From a virus: DNA of 64,000 nt. The first letter of the stretch is position 1; each line of letters starts with the position of its first letter. The stretch lies in the IMG/VR virus record IMGVR_UViG_3300039208_000624. One strand, 5' to 3'. This document shows positions 40,001 through 49,700 of the stretch, in pieces. The notes beneath the pieces are model-generated. The model ran no database searches. It was not told the DNA's origin and worked only from the letters and a program-made list of their open reading frames with translations. A program made the translations under genes and the position numbers.

Positions 40001-41943
40001 GTATCTGGCGAAGTGCCAAATTCATCGATATGATATTCTGGACCCCTATCGTCAGCATCTTCAATTGCGTTCCACCTAAAGTTCGTCAAACCACGAACCA
40101 TAGGAGACCTGAAGTTTAAAAACGGACCACTTAAATCAGGAATGATAAGAGGGTTGATTATACTCTCAGATCCACCCCAGTACCCTTTAAGTCTGTGATC
40201 ATAAAGAGTCTTATCAGCAGCGGAAATATCAATTCCGCTCTGTGCCAAAAACAACACCTCTCTTGGTTGAATTGGCCTACCCATGATCAACAAATCTGCC
40301 ATCATGTGGTCGCCAGCATTACCAAGAGTGGTATCTATATCATCATCACTAACTCCATTCCCAAACATGAACGGAAATCCGCTTCCTGCGATTCTTTCCA
40401 TCTGGGGAACCATTGAGGCACTAAGATTGCCGCTGGCATTAAGCTCTCCATCAATATACATAGCAAGACCGAAAGTCTGGTCGTCGTATGCTATTGCAAT
40501 ATGGTGAAAAGTCGAATGCCAAAGATCAGTATTTGCACCAAGAAGTGTTACTCTATCGTCTGGGTTTCCTCCTTCGTAAACGACAAACTCATGACGAGGA
40601 GTCTGATCATCACTAAGACGCATGTCAAAGCATGCAGTATCAAGAGTCAGAGTTGGTGCTGGAAAAGAATTGTCGGCCGACCCAAAAGAGAATATTCTAT
40701 TGTTTTCTGCGGCCGATCCTAATCCATCCATCAAAAACCAGCCGGCAATCGTAAAGCTTTTGTTTGAAAGCAGAGCGTTAGTAATTCCGCTTCCACCCAT
40801 CATACGAGTTGCATTTGCTTGATTTCCTGTCCATATGGAACCACGATTAAAAGGTCCGCGACCAGCGTGATATCCAGTAATCCCTCCGTCTCTCCTTTGA
40901 TCGAAAGAGGAAATCATATGATTTCTATTCGGGCTTGCATCAATGAAGCCCGGAGTAACCATGGGGTAATATCCGATCATTTTAGGATCAGAAATAGAAA
41001 TCTCGACAGCTTCTTTACGAGCGGTTGCGGCCCCGGGCTGCAAACCTCCCTGATCGTGCATTTGTGCCATCTCGACTTCGTTGACAACACGCTCAAAAGC
41101 GTATGCACCCGAAACAAGATGGTTGAAACCAGTCACATTAAAATACCTATTAAAAGTATTTCCTGTCTGTGATCCTGCAATAGTCAGAACATGATCATTT
41201 GGTGCGTCTGTAAGAGGATTGTTCAGGTCTTCATTGGTAGTTCCACTTCCGGCAACGCGACCATCCTTATAAAGAACAACTTCATTGCTTGCACCATCAA
41301 CGTATCTAAAACTGAACGCAATATGAGTAAATCTTCCTGACTCAATAGGCGTACTCATATTGATATTTGTCGGCCCAAACACGTGGGCAAATGCCGACAT
41401 ACGAAGCTCGTTAGGATCTCCAGGAACAGAGAATTGTGCGGCCCTGTCCAGCATGCCAGAGATACCAAGATGAACGCCCTCAAGATTATTTGCCTTTGAG
41501 AACAAGGCGTTCTCTTCTGCATTCCTCTCCGTAGAAGCCGAGCTGGAAATCTTTCCATTTCCATTTGGATAGACCCATATACCCAGAGTAAATCCACTAC
41601 CTTCAATAGGAGGAGATGTCAGAGATACTCTGTGAACATGGCCTCCGCCATGAACAAGACACCACTTGTCTCCTCCCGTCTCTACGCTATCTGAAGTGAA
41701 TCCATTTCCGCCAGGACTAAACCCAGTAAAAGTAGTTCCTGAAGCATTATCAAGAATACTTACGGTTCCTGGGTAAGGACGAAACCAGCCTCCAGTATCT
41801 CCGCCGAGTTGAGGATGTAGGTCGAAGGAGATTCCGCTGGGCTTGCCGGCAAACCTCGGAGCATAATTATGAAAAGTGGGTGCTCCGGAAGGCTCGTTAA
41901 GTGCCCAAAGACCGATTAGGCCATGATCATTCTCAAGAGCCAT
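37084..41943 (-). CDS. Large tail adhesin: four LamG/ConA-like domains, 14-aa Gly-rich repeats, two PKD-like domains
   Basis: Domain starts LIGLWAL, MIGYYPM, LKGYWGG, IQGYWRF; LamG motifs FTLGIWV/HIAFSF..VVLYKDG, WNHFAWSY..VRCYMNG; PKD motifs WSFGD..HRFG..G.Y.VRVEAID and LDYGDG..SYTEPGTY. Confidence 0.8.
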   Translation of the reverse strand: MALENDHGLIGLWALNEPSGAPTFHNYAPRFAGKPSGISFDLHPQLGGDTGGWFRPYPGTVSILDNASGTTFTGFSPGGNGFTSDSVETGGDKWCLVHGGGHVHRVSLTSPPIEGSGFTLGIWVYPNGNGKISSSASTERNAEENALFSKANNLEGVHLGISGMLDRAAQFSVPGDPNELRMSAFAHVFGPTNINMSTPIESGRFTHIAFSFRYVDGASNEVVLYKDGRVAGSGTTNEDLNNPLTDAPNDHVLTIAGSQTGNTFNRYFNVTGFNHLVSGAYAFERVVNEVEMAQMHDQGGLQPGAATARKEAVEISISDPKMIGYYPMVTPGFIDASPNRNHMISSFDQRRDGGITGYHAGRGPFNRGSIWTGNQANATRMMGGSGITNALLSNKSFTIAGWFLMDGLGSAAENNRIFSFGSADNSFPAPTLTLDTACFDMRLSDDQTPRHEFVVYEGGNPDDRVTLLGANTDLWHSTFHHIAIAYDDQTFGLAMYIDGELNASGNLSASMVPQMERIAGSGFPFMFGNGVSDDDIDTTLGNAGDHMMADLLIMGRPIQPREVLFLAQSGIDISAADKTLYDHRLKGYWGGSESIINPLIIPDLSGPFLNFRSPMVRGLTNFRWNAIEDADDRGPEYHIDEFGTSPDTPPELQSFGNLGFTSGMWCASAGSLGNAAHLTSSRQSQIGVPHQRLKPWVEDRDDGGPHYYNQCIISFEVTPSGNIPPTLHCQNGQRHNSMLYAWATVAADAGYAFLTSINADNPDPLGQDAGTGPSGVSIVFAGTENTFGTQTTPIVSGNLPFGVPSRVALHIRGEDEQSLNDGGLEPVHFTLYINGTPVQSRRIGAEDSRFNSDGNVGTGDDAAITIGGILAGSSTTTDINLDGGLGDIFMRNVFVMNGIFSTAEVSDIATNGLDTSTVPAGYSQSTSFVQAVTQGDPNIQGYWRFSGGGSSGIKDLSLKQNDLRGLAQEVSEKNLFSSQDNAAHNLRFVPGPFTNASLNTQASGITYNANAMADANVVAPFVVSGAAFDTPNDGFSVGFWACTRSNTSTNDVRVFASYGIVPGTAFSTTFTDSSWAIIFDEGENMRLVLSTEGGMYWDQSTHNAAKAGQVDCGVYRVSIRNGSDTPDIAEPWREGFFLPGHKDVWNHFAWSYNKADEQVRCYMNGVPLDIQKMPASGFHVPQEPEARILSVFAPQTSLWDWTNLHVANDGYMTDFFYFDRSMSDEEVAFIAINGIAAVPASGTLSGIIGGQIFGANVASGLLGGLMLSSDTGSGLIGGLIKGSPGASGQVGGHILGLDTGSGLIGGIIRGGDSSSGIIGSYVAGSTGTSGIIGALVSGIFVPFSFVGAHIQGIDTGSGLVGGHMLGFELASGTLGGYVVGGLSGRLQFDAGYTVEVQDSEDFDSLIQVSQFASSDFDATAEVFQDECPPTVQIEVPFRAVSGLAPPFNQYFVAKASGQQGKTIEKVTWSFGDFSAPVVVAQSGAGCYPVQHRFGGQGFYMVRVEAIDSDGIHSCDTIAVNAASGVSPVVIGLSGVPQAGNAELLVAFNQNVESTPNSVSIVADLLDYGDGQTTIVRNTTRSYTEPGTYCPIWCVRDSRGIIWCDSLAEGSDLYELGGGP
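37792..38211 (-). repeat. Ten tandem 42-nt (14-aa) repeats, consensus SG-h-h-G-G-x-h-x-G-x-x-x-x
   Basis: SGIIGGQIFGANVA / SGLLGGLMLSSDTG / SGLIGGLIKGSPGA / SGQVGGHILGLDTG / SGLIGGIIRGGDSS / SGIIGSYVAGSTGT / SGIIGALVSGIFVP / FSFVGAHIQGIDTG / SGLVGGHMLGFELA / SGTLGGYVVGGLSG; spans exactly 420 nt. Confidence 0.9.
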
Positions 41944-42400
41944 TCATCACTCTCCAGGTACCAAAGAACGGCGAAACTCTATAAGTCTTTACGGTATTGC
42001 CGCCACCGTCCATAACATAAAGGTTGATGAAGATTGGATATTTGCTGTCAATTGGATTCTTACAAAGAATCCAGCCGGGCCTTTTGCCTTCAACATCAAT
42101 TGGGTAATACTCTATCACGAAACATCCATCACCACGATTAAATGTCTCTGTAGATATTTCTCCTTCATCTTCGAAGAAATCTTTCTCGCTTCGAAATGCT
42201 CTAAATTGTGCGGGAGTATTCTCGGCAGGAAGTTGAAGGACTATGCCCTCAAATACTGAAATCTCGTTGATTCCAGTGCCACCCAGCTTGAAGGTTTGGT
42301 GGTCTTCTTTTGAGCACTCGATACAAACATCTTTCCCAAAGTGGGTAGTGACGTGTAGAGTCCCAGTATTGCCTCGATCTTCGAAGCGTGCTTTTAACAT
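41933..42400 (-). CDS. Hypothetical protein (155 aa)
   Basis: AAGGAG RBS; its own upstream TTAGTGTA motif. Confidence 0.75.
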   Translation of the reverse strand: MLKARFEDRGNTGTLHVTTHFGKDVCIECSKEDHQTFKLGGTGINEISVFEGIVLQLPAENTPAQFRAFRSEKDFFEDEGEISTETFNRGDGCFVIEYYPIDVEGKRPGWILCKNPIDSKYPIFINLYVMDGGGNTVKTYRVSPFFGTWRVMNGS

Positions 42401-42440
42401 CTTGTACTCCTTTACCGAGAACTAAGCCGTGGCTACGTCC

Positions 42441-42459
42441 CAATTAAGGAGTACACTAA
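42441..42459 (-). promoter_or_regulatory. TTAGTGTA motif (variant downstream box)
   Basis: TTAGTGTA CTCCTTAA TTG(GG), overlapping the U-tail of the terminator. Confidence 0.5.
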
Positions 42460-42489
42460 AACAGCCCGCAGACTCAAATCCACGGGCTG
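42458..42489 (-). terminator. Rho-independent terminator after the 61-aa gene
   Basis: CAGCCCGTGGA-TTTGAG-TCTGCGGGCTG (11-bp stem with two G-U pairs) followed by TTTT. Confidence 0.75.
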
Positions 42490-42506
42490 CAAGAAAGCTT
42501 GGTCGC

Positions 42507-42692
42507 TTACGAAAGGTTCGTGAACGGATTAGTCTCGGTAATACCGACACCAAGGTTCTCGATGCTGCTCACAGCAGCGTGCAACGCAGAGCTACCAACT
42601 GGACGATCTGTCCTCAGCTCGATCTTTGTAGACCAGCCCCAAAGAACAAAGTTGGCGTTGTTGGTTGCGGAATTGCTATTGATGGTTGCCAT
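42507..42692 (-). CDS. Small protein (61 aa) in its own transcription unit
   Basis: MATINSNSATNNANFVLWGWSTKIEL...; CAGGGGGAA RBS, upstream TTAGTGTA motif and downstream terminator. Confidence 0.75.
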   Translation of the reverse strand: MATINSNSATNNANFVLWGWSTKIELRTDRPVGSSALHAAVSSIENLGVGITETNPFTNLS

Positions 42693-42748
42693 CTGAATTC
42701 CCCCTGTTATTCTTTCCGAGTTGATATCAACGAGACCTACTTCGGTCG

Positions 42749-42767
42749 TCGAAGTATACTACACTAA
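42749..42767 (-). promoter_or_regulatory. TTAGTGTA-N8-CGA motif (candidate late promoter)
   Basis: TTAGTGTA GTATACTT CGA; the TAG is the stop of 42764..43408. Confidence 0.6.
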
Positions 42768-43408
42768 AACACCTCTCCGAAGTCAATTATATAGTCGTTG
42801 GAGTGGTAGTCGAAAGTAAATGCAACTTTAATAACCCCTGATCCACAAGCTCCATAAGTCCCAAGGGGATGACCCCAAGGTATCACTACGTTCATGTAAA
42901 TGAACTCTGAGGCGTTTCTATCATTCTCGCCTCTGATGAGTCCGTAGCCATCTTGACGCCTCACAGAAGCGAATTCTGGGACTGTGGTGGACAATCTGGT
43001 ACCTACTCCAGATGGCAGCACTCCGTTAGGCTGCCAAATGCCGCTCGTAGTAAATTGAATGAATGCAGGATCTTGACCAACACTCTCTGTGGCCCTGAGT
43101 CCCGAGTCATTAACCAAAAACATCCTGATGTTACCAACAGCTATCCCACTGGTCATTAAGTGCAAGGTTAATGCCGAAACCTTTGATTCGAGGTGCGACG
43201 GAACAGCATCACTTAAATCAAACTTGGTATTCTGAAAATTAAGAATGCCCGATGAATTGGCTGCATTATTAGGACTGTACTCAGAACATCCTTCAGAAAT
43301 CACGCTGCGGAACGCAAACGTGCCGCCAACCAAATGTCTAAAGCCCGAAGGGTTTGACAGCTCGGCAGTGTCCCACTCAAAGATCTTGAAGAAAGGGTGC
43401 GTAACCAT
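42764..43408 (-). CDS. Putative virion protein (214 aa), paralogue of 44666..45220
   Basis: Start reassigned to ATG 43408 (MVTHPFFKIFEWD, TAATG coupling; ORF track 43468). Shares the P.GTYG..G.G...YD[FY] C-terminus with the 184-aa protein. Confidence 0.7.
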   Translation of the reverse strand: MVTHPFFKIFEWDTAELSNPSGFRHLVGGTFAFRSVISEGCSEYSPNNAANSSGILNFQNTKFDLSDAVPSHLESKVSALTLHLMTSGIAVGNIRMFLVNDSGLRATESVGQDPAFIQFTTSGIWQPNGVLPSGVGTRLSTTVPEFASVRRQDGYGLIRGENDRNASEFIYMNVVIPWGHPLGTYGACGSGVIKVAFTFDYHSNDYIIDFGEVF

Positions 43409-43578
43409 TAGACCATCTTCATTTTCCTGGCCAATTCCAAAGCTTCGTCGTCCGGCAGTGGAACCCAAGTACCCGCATAATATTGGGCGAATATTAATCG
43501 TCTATTCAGCTCAATAAGCCTGACTCCTCTTGGCAACTGCGGCTCATCTTTCTTTTCAATTCTTAGATTGATTTCCAT
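43408..43578 (-). CDS. Small hypothetical protein (56 aa)
   Basis: Not in the ORF track. MEINLRIEKKDEPQLPRGVRLIELNRRLIFAQYYAGTWVPLPDDEALELARKMKMV; TAATG overlaps at both ends. Confidence 0.65.
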   Translation of the reverse strand: MEINLRIEKKDEPQLPRGVRLIELNRRLIFAQYYAGTWVPLPDDEALELARKMKMV

Positions 43579-44603
43579 TAGCTGAAGTCTATCGTAGTGA
43601 AACTTTCAAAATTACACCTATCGTGTAATCCAAGCTCTTTAGCTTTATTGTCATAAGCCATGGCGGCATCTAACTCATCATCAAAGCTTCCAAGATACAG
43701 GGTTCGTGCTTTATGTTCAATACGTGCTTGATATTTATTTCGCTTCTTATGCACTCCTCTATATTTCGAACTTTGAAAAGTACGTAAATCATCTATTCTT
43801 TTCGCACGATCCAAAACCTTTAAGTATCGGTCATACTTTCTATCAAGACGAACATCTTCGTTACATCCATGATATATCCAATTCAGAAAATTCAATGTAT
43901 CTCTAAAACCAGCAAAAACAAGTTGAAAGTGACTCTTGTCAATATATATTTTACCGCCGCCAAACTTTTCTTGAATCCACTCAAGTATTGATTTACCGCC
44001 AGTTATACAAGCTCTCCATGTATTTCCTTGGCTAACTTTATATATAGATCCATCTCCATCAAAATAACCGCGTACAAAATGACGAATCATTTTCTCATCG
44101 TAAATATTGGGAGGTTCAATAATCAAAGACTTTCGTTCTATAACAGAAAAATTCTCTTCCAAATCACTTAGAACGGTCGGTATACCGTATATGTTTATAA
44201 CACAATAAGGACTTCCTTTTTCCCTATCATAGGTATACACATTCCCATCAAAATTTATCATTGTCTTGAACTTTTCCAAATGACTCCTATCGTCATCTTT
44301 CAAAAGTATCCTGAGTTTCTGTTGTGACAATGACACGCATCCATCCGCTGCAATAAATCCAGCCCAATACGAAGATTCTTTCGTTATTTTACTAAAGAAA
44401 TTTTCATCACAACAATAACGCTTCTTGGCAATTGAAGTCATCTTAAGCCTATCAGACTTTAACCCTACTTTTTTAGCTTTTTTATGAAGAGCTATATCTG
44501 TTCTATTCGGAAAATATCTTTTTACAAGCTGCTTTGCCGGCAAAGTGCCATACACCTCTTTGAATAAACGTAATTCGCTCTCAGTCCAAGCATTACCCTT
44601 CAT
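43578..44603 (-). mobile_element. Free-standing LAGLIDADG homing endonuclease with N-terminal Myb-like HTH and C-terminal AP2 domain
   Basis: WTESELRLFKEVY..RT..ALHKKAKKVGL; SYWAGFIAADGCV and RHFVRGYFDGDGSI; SKYRGV..K..YQARI...YLGSFDDELDAAMAYD.KA.EL. AT-rich. Confidence 0.9.
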
Positions 44604-44633
44604 ACTTTAATCCTACTCATAAAATCTTATTTA

Positions 44634-44652
44634 CCGAAAGGTCATACACTAA
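44634..44652 (-). promoter_or_regulatory. TTAGTGTA-N8-CGG motif (candidate late promoter)
   Basis: TTAGTGTA TGACCTTT CGG, upstream of the LAGLIDADG gene. Confidence 0.6.
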
Positions 44653-44665
44653 GCACAAGAGGTAA

Positions 44666-45220
44666 CTAACTAAAATCGTAAATTAAGCGATAGCGAAAAG
44701 TTCCTGCCCCCGCTCCTCCATATGTTCCGACCGGCACATCTGAACCCACAAGTATGGCCAGATAAACATATTGGCCCGCATCATTGTCCAGTATTCCAGA
44801 CATCCACGGCTTGCCAAGCGGAAATTCTGGCTCCGTAATTGTACCACTGTAATTAGACGAAATGGGAACGTTAGTTGGAGTATCCTCATTATTTTCCGTA
44901 AGAGATATTGCACCCAAAAAATGCAATGCTTTTCTCTCAAGAAATCTCGTTGTTCCAACTCCAAAGTCAGAAACGGAATTCAAAAAGAATCTCATATTGA
45001 ACACACCGCTTGCGTCCCCAAGATCAGATATTCTCGCGTAAGCAAGTCTCGTGTCGCTAACAACTCCAGACAAAGTGTTGTTGATTGTTCCAAAATCAAG
45101 CACCTGTCCCGCTCCAGTTCCAAGCTGTTTAATAAATCCAGTTGTATTGAGGTTTCTCACTCCAGACGGATCAGTTCCGGGATCTTGCTGAACCCATTGT
45201 ACTGTAGGCACTAAAACCAT
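44666..45220 (-). CDS. Putative virion protein (184 aa)
   Basis: Beta-rich, within the tail operon; paralogue of 42764..43408. Confidence 0.7.
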   Translation of the reverse strand: MVLVPTVQWVQQDPGTDPSGVRNLNTTGFIKQLGTGAGQVLDFGTINNTLSGVVSDTRLAYARISDLGDASGVFNMRFFLNSVSDFGVGTTRFLERKALHFLGAISLTENNEDTPTNVPISSNYSGTITEPEFPLGKPWMSGILDNDAGQYVYLAILVGSDVPVGTYGGAGAGTFRYRLIYDFS

Positions 45221-45230
45221 CTCTTATCTC

Positions 45231-46730
45231 CTACAGAATAATGTCCGAAGATGCTGACTGAACGCTGGCCAAATCCACTGTAAAGCCATAGGTAATAGAA
45301 GCCTGAACAGTTAGTGATCTATCGTCTATAGTCTTGTCTGGCCCAGACTGAACAAACAGTTCCACAAAATTGCCCGCATTCGCATGTATCTTACGAAGCC
45401 TATTCATTTCATCCTGAACGAAAGTCAAAACTCTGGCATTGTCTGCATCGGGGTTTCCTGTATTCTTTGCTTGTGCCTGACAGTTAATCGTAACTGAGCC
45501 TGCCGTCGTAGTTTTAATATCCTGCACAATAGGACCAAGACGTCTAAAAGGAATAGGATGGATCGCCATCTGCCTGATTCCCTCAGTTCTTTGTACAGTA
45601 CAATTTCTGTTGACAATTCCGCTTGGTAGATCAAGAGAAGGATCATCCGTGTAAGTGACAGAGAAATCAATCGTTCCTCGACATTCGTTCTGAGTGATCT
45701 GGAACGCAGTCGGATTATTAATATTTAGTCCACTTCCAATGGCCCCCTTATACTTTACGTATACTCCCGAGGCATCTGCGGGAAGCTGTGGACGAATATG
45801 GTTTACAAAGCCTGAGCAAGCCCGCTCAAATCCTCGCCCTCCTGCCGGACCAAAACTCGGAGACAGTGTTCTGCCAAGTCCCTGTACTGTACCCTGCAAA
45901 GTAACTGTGGCAATGCCCGCTGTGTCTTCTTGGAACTGACTATTCCGACTTTGGAAGAAGAATGGGACTCCGCTTACAATCGTAAAGACTTCTGTCGCCG
46001 AGTATGATCCGTTAGCAATGTCAGCCGTTTCTTCTCTTTGTACGGAAACTTCAAATACCGGTCCACCGCCCGCAACACTTGGATGCGTGATATTGAATAG
46101 GCCAGATGCGTTCGGCTCTACAAAGCATGGAAGAGTAAGAGGAAGTTTATCGATACCCAAGCGTGTCTTGACCGCACGTAACGCTTGTTCAAACTTATCC
46201 GTTGCCTCATCTGGGCCAGTAGCATCAACAGTATGCGTTACCTCAACAACACATGCGTCTCCATTCTCTCGAAATGTCCATTGATCACTAAGGCTTGATG
46301 TTACCCCACTAACTCCCGAAACAGCGGTAAAATCCTCAAGCTCTACCGTGTAATCAAATCGAGTAACATGAATATCGGGCTCAATATTAAGCGAGACCAC
46401 TCGCGGAGTGATACCGGAGCAAATAACAGAGCCGGACGGAAGAGTTTTGTTGCCAGCACCCGCACGAATAGTAAAGTCAAGATTATCAGTTGCGAACGCC
46501 GTCCTCAACTGCTCTTGTTTCGTGTACATTTGCTCATAGCTGCCCGAAGGCGTAATAAGCACTGTGCCATCAAGCGAGATTCGAGTCCTGTTTCGGATTC
46601 TCACTCCAGCATCATTAAACTCCGGCTCGACAGTAAAATCCACAAGCGGACCGGGAACCAGCTTACAATCACCGTAGAATACCTCTACGGCCGAAAGCGG
46701 TGGATTAGGTACTTGTGATAATACGCTCAT
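45231..46730 (-). CDS. Putative distal tail protein (499 aa)
   Basis: Immediately downstream of the tape measure (canonical Dit position); beta-rich. Confidence 0.6.
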   Translation of the reverse strand: MSVLSQVPNPPLSAVEVFYGDCKLVPGPLVDFTVEPEFNDAGVRIRNRTRISLDGTVLITPSGSYEQMYTKQEQLRTAFATDNLDFTIRAGAGNKTLPSGSVICSGITPRVVSLNIEPDIHVTRFDYTVELEDFTAVSGVSGVTSSLSDQWTFRENGDACVVEVTHTVDATGPDEATDKFEQALRAVKTRLGIDKLPLTLPCFVEPNASGLFNITHPSVAGGGPVFEVSVQREETADIANGSYSATEVFTIVSGVPFFFQSRNSQFQEDTAGIATVTLQGTVQGLGRTLSPSFGPAGGRGFERACSGFVNHIRPQLPADASGVYVKYKGAIGSGLNINNPTAFQITQNECRGTIDFSVTYTDDPSLDLPSGIVNRNCTVQRTEGIRQMAIHPIPFRRLGPIVQDIKTTTAGSVTINCQAQAKNTGNPDADNARVLTFVQDEMNRLRKIHANAGNFVELFVQSGPDKTIDDRSLTVQASITYGFTVDLASVQSASSDIIL

Positions 46731-49700
46731 TAGATTGATTGTCCAAGACTACTAAGCTGACTGTTCTCTCGAAGAACCCCCAATGCCACCTCGATTTGCT
46801 CCAAAACAGGATCAAGCTGTGCTGCAATCTGCTCAGAAGCGGCAGACTGAATTGCTGCCTCGATCTCGGTCCTAAGATTCTCCAGTCCAGTAACAGTTAC
46901 ACTACTTTGCTGGTTAGTTGTGACATCAATAGCCACGTTGCCGCCTGCTCCTGCGGCTCCCGGAGTGTTTCCGGTATCGGCAGCAGCCGCCGTAGTGGCA
47001 GAGGTAGTCTCAATGTTCGACAAGCTTGTAATGGCTGTATCCAAGAGATTGGCCACATCATCAAGCTTGTCATTAGTCATACGGGACTGCTCAAGCTGAT
47101 CCTGTCCATCACCATTATCGACGTCGGTAAGTGCCTGAGTAACCGATCGGGCAATCGCTGCCACAACCGTTTCATTGATTCCCTTGATGCTCTCAATGCC
47201 AGCCGCAATATCACTGCCGCCCTGGAAGTTCGGCACGTGACCCTTGTTTCGAGTCGGAATGATGATCTCGGAATCATTGGCAACAGCCAATCCGGCACCG
47301 CCCGGCATCGCACGCTTCTCTCGTGCCGCCGCCTGAATCAATCCTGATATTTCGTCCAGCGACAAGTTTCCGCCAGCAAAGTTCGGAATAAATCCCTTCG
47401 CACCATTTCCTACTGCGGCACCAAGCACTCCGGCTCTGGCACCAGCAAGACCCCTGATAGCCTGAACGATGTTGTCGCCGATAGCGGCAAAAGCAGAGTT
47501 TTGCTCCCTGAACAGCTCGGCTTCACGAGTAATCAAGTTCAAAGTATCCTGACTGCCCGCCTGAATGATCTGATCAGTAAGCTGATTCTGCAATGCTTGT
47601 GCAGACTGCAAAACGCTTGTCTGCTCAAGAACGGCAAGCTGCACGCCCATGAGATTTTCGCGAGCACGCTCTTCTGCAATCTCGGCTGCGTCCAACTGTT
47701 CCTTGGCTGCATCCAACTGCTCGCGAGCCGCGAACAACTGACCAAACTGAAGCTCTGCATCTCTTTCGGCAAGACCCTGCAATCTTTCAAGCTGGGCAAC
47801 TTGCTGCTGAGTAAGATCCTCAATAGAGGGAAGACCAATACCTGCTCCGGCCCCAGCACCAAGCTGGCCGATAGCCGTCTCAAGCTGCTCAACGCTAAAG
47901 CCCCCGATGTCCACACTGCTCGGCAGCAAATTGAGAGCATCAAGAATCTGTCGGCGGAATTCGACTGGCAGATTGAGAAGCTCATTCCCAAGCTGATTTA
48001 TATTGCTGTCCGACAGGCCCAAGAATGACTCGAAAGATCCGCCCAATCTCTGGGCGATCATCTCAAGTCCCTGGATTCCCGTCTGCAATGCGGCGTTCTC
48101 TTCGCCCGTCTGGCCGAATACAGTCAGTCCAGCATTAACAATCTCGCCTTTCGCCTGCTCCAGAAAAGCGATTGTCTCTTCGGCCAACTGACGCTCAAGC
48201 TCTATACGCTTTTGCAGTGTAAGATTTGAATCCTCAAGAACAGAATTGAAAGACCTATTCAGTCCGGTCAGTCGACCTTGGAATGTCGAAACTTCTCCGG
48301 TCAGATTTGCAATCTCTGTACCGATCAGATTGGATTCGATTCGTCCTTCGGCTACCACGTCATTGAATTCAAGGACGGCACGGTTGAAGTCAAAGAATGC
48401 GTCAGAAAGATTCTGCGTGCTGGATAGCACATCCTGCTGTGCCGACTTCAGATCGCTCTGAGCACTTGCCACCTGATCAAGGCCGGACTGCTGCTGATCC
48501 TGAATAAATCTATCAAGCTCAACTCTGGACTCTCCAAGAGTCTGATTAAACTTACGCTGTGCCTTCTCCAGCTCCTCAAGAGCCTGGATTCTTTTCTTTT
48601 CTTCTTCTGCAAGCTTCTTTTGCTGATCAAACTGTGCCTGAACACGCTTGATAGTAAGCTGCAAACGCTCCTCGTCTCGTGAGCGAATCAAGTCCGCAAT
48701 CTTCTGCTCTAACTTTTCCCTATTCTTAAGAGCCTCATCCAAGGCAACTCCACCAGCCTGACGACGACCTCCGGCCTGTGCATCTTGGATGCTGCTATTA
48801 AGTGCGTCGAGCTGTGCTTTGTACGCATCAATCGTAGTGGCCGAAGCCATAAGTGATGCCTTCAGCTTCTCGTTGGCTTGGGTGATAGGATCACCAGCAA
48901 TAATCTTGACAAACCTTTCAATCTCTGCCGTAGCACTTATAGTTCCATCCAGAATTCCTTGGATCTGTGAGCCATCAAATCCCTGCAAATCATTTATAAG
49001 ATTGCCTCCAAGGGCTCCTCCAATACGGATGAGCTGATCGTTGAATTTGATTACCCCTTCCGCAGCCTTCTCTGCTGCCTCTCGTTCCTGATTTGCAAGC
49101 TTAATTCTTTCTTCTGCACGAATGCGGGCCTCTTGGAGATCAAGCTCCTTTGCATCCTTCTCAAGCTCAACAGACTGCACAACAGCCTTAATGATATTAT
49201 TTACTTGCTGTGAAGTAAACTGGCTTAGACTAAGAACCTCGGGCCTAAGTAGATTTTTGATATCGTCAATACCCTGAACAACCTCTGGTCCCGCCGTATC
49301 AACGATGTTGCGTACGGCATCAGCAAGCGATTGTCCTGCCGCCTGATTCCCAGTATCAGAAATGGCATCGGACAGAGTCTTAAATGAATTAGCAGTCTTA
49401 ATAGCGACAATCTGACTCTCAGTTTGAATTGCTTGTAAGCGTTCCTGAGTAGTAGGATCAAAACCAAGATCCTGATTGGCCAACTCCGCATTCAGTGAAT
49501 CAAGCTCCGCACGCAGCTCTGTAGCAACGTTACGAAGGTTGGCAAGCGGCCTAACCACATTTTGATCAAACTCAAGACTATCAAGACGACGCTGGACAGC
49601 TCCTGTTGCCGTCTCAACCGTATTGAGTGGACGAATGACATCATCACCAATCTGAGCAAACAAGTTCCGGATCAAGAAGACTGCACGGTTAACGCCGCTA

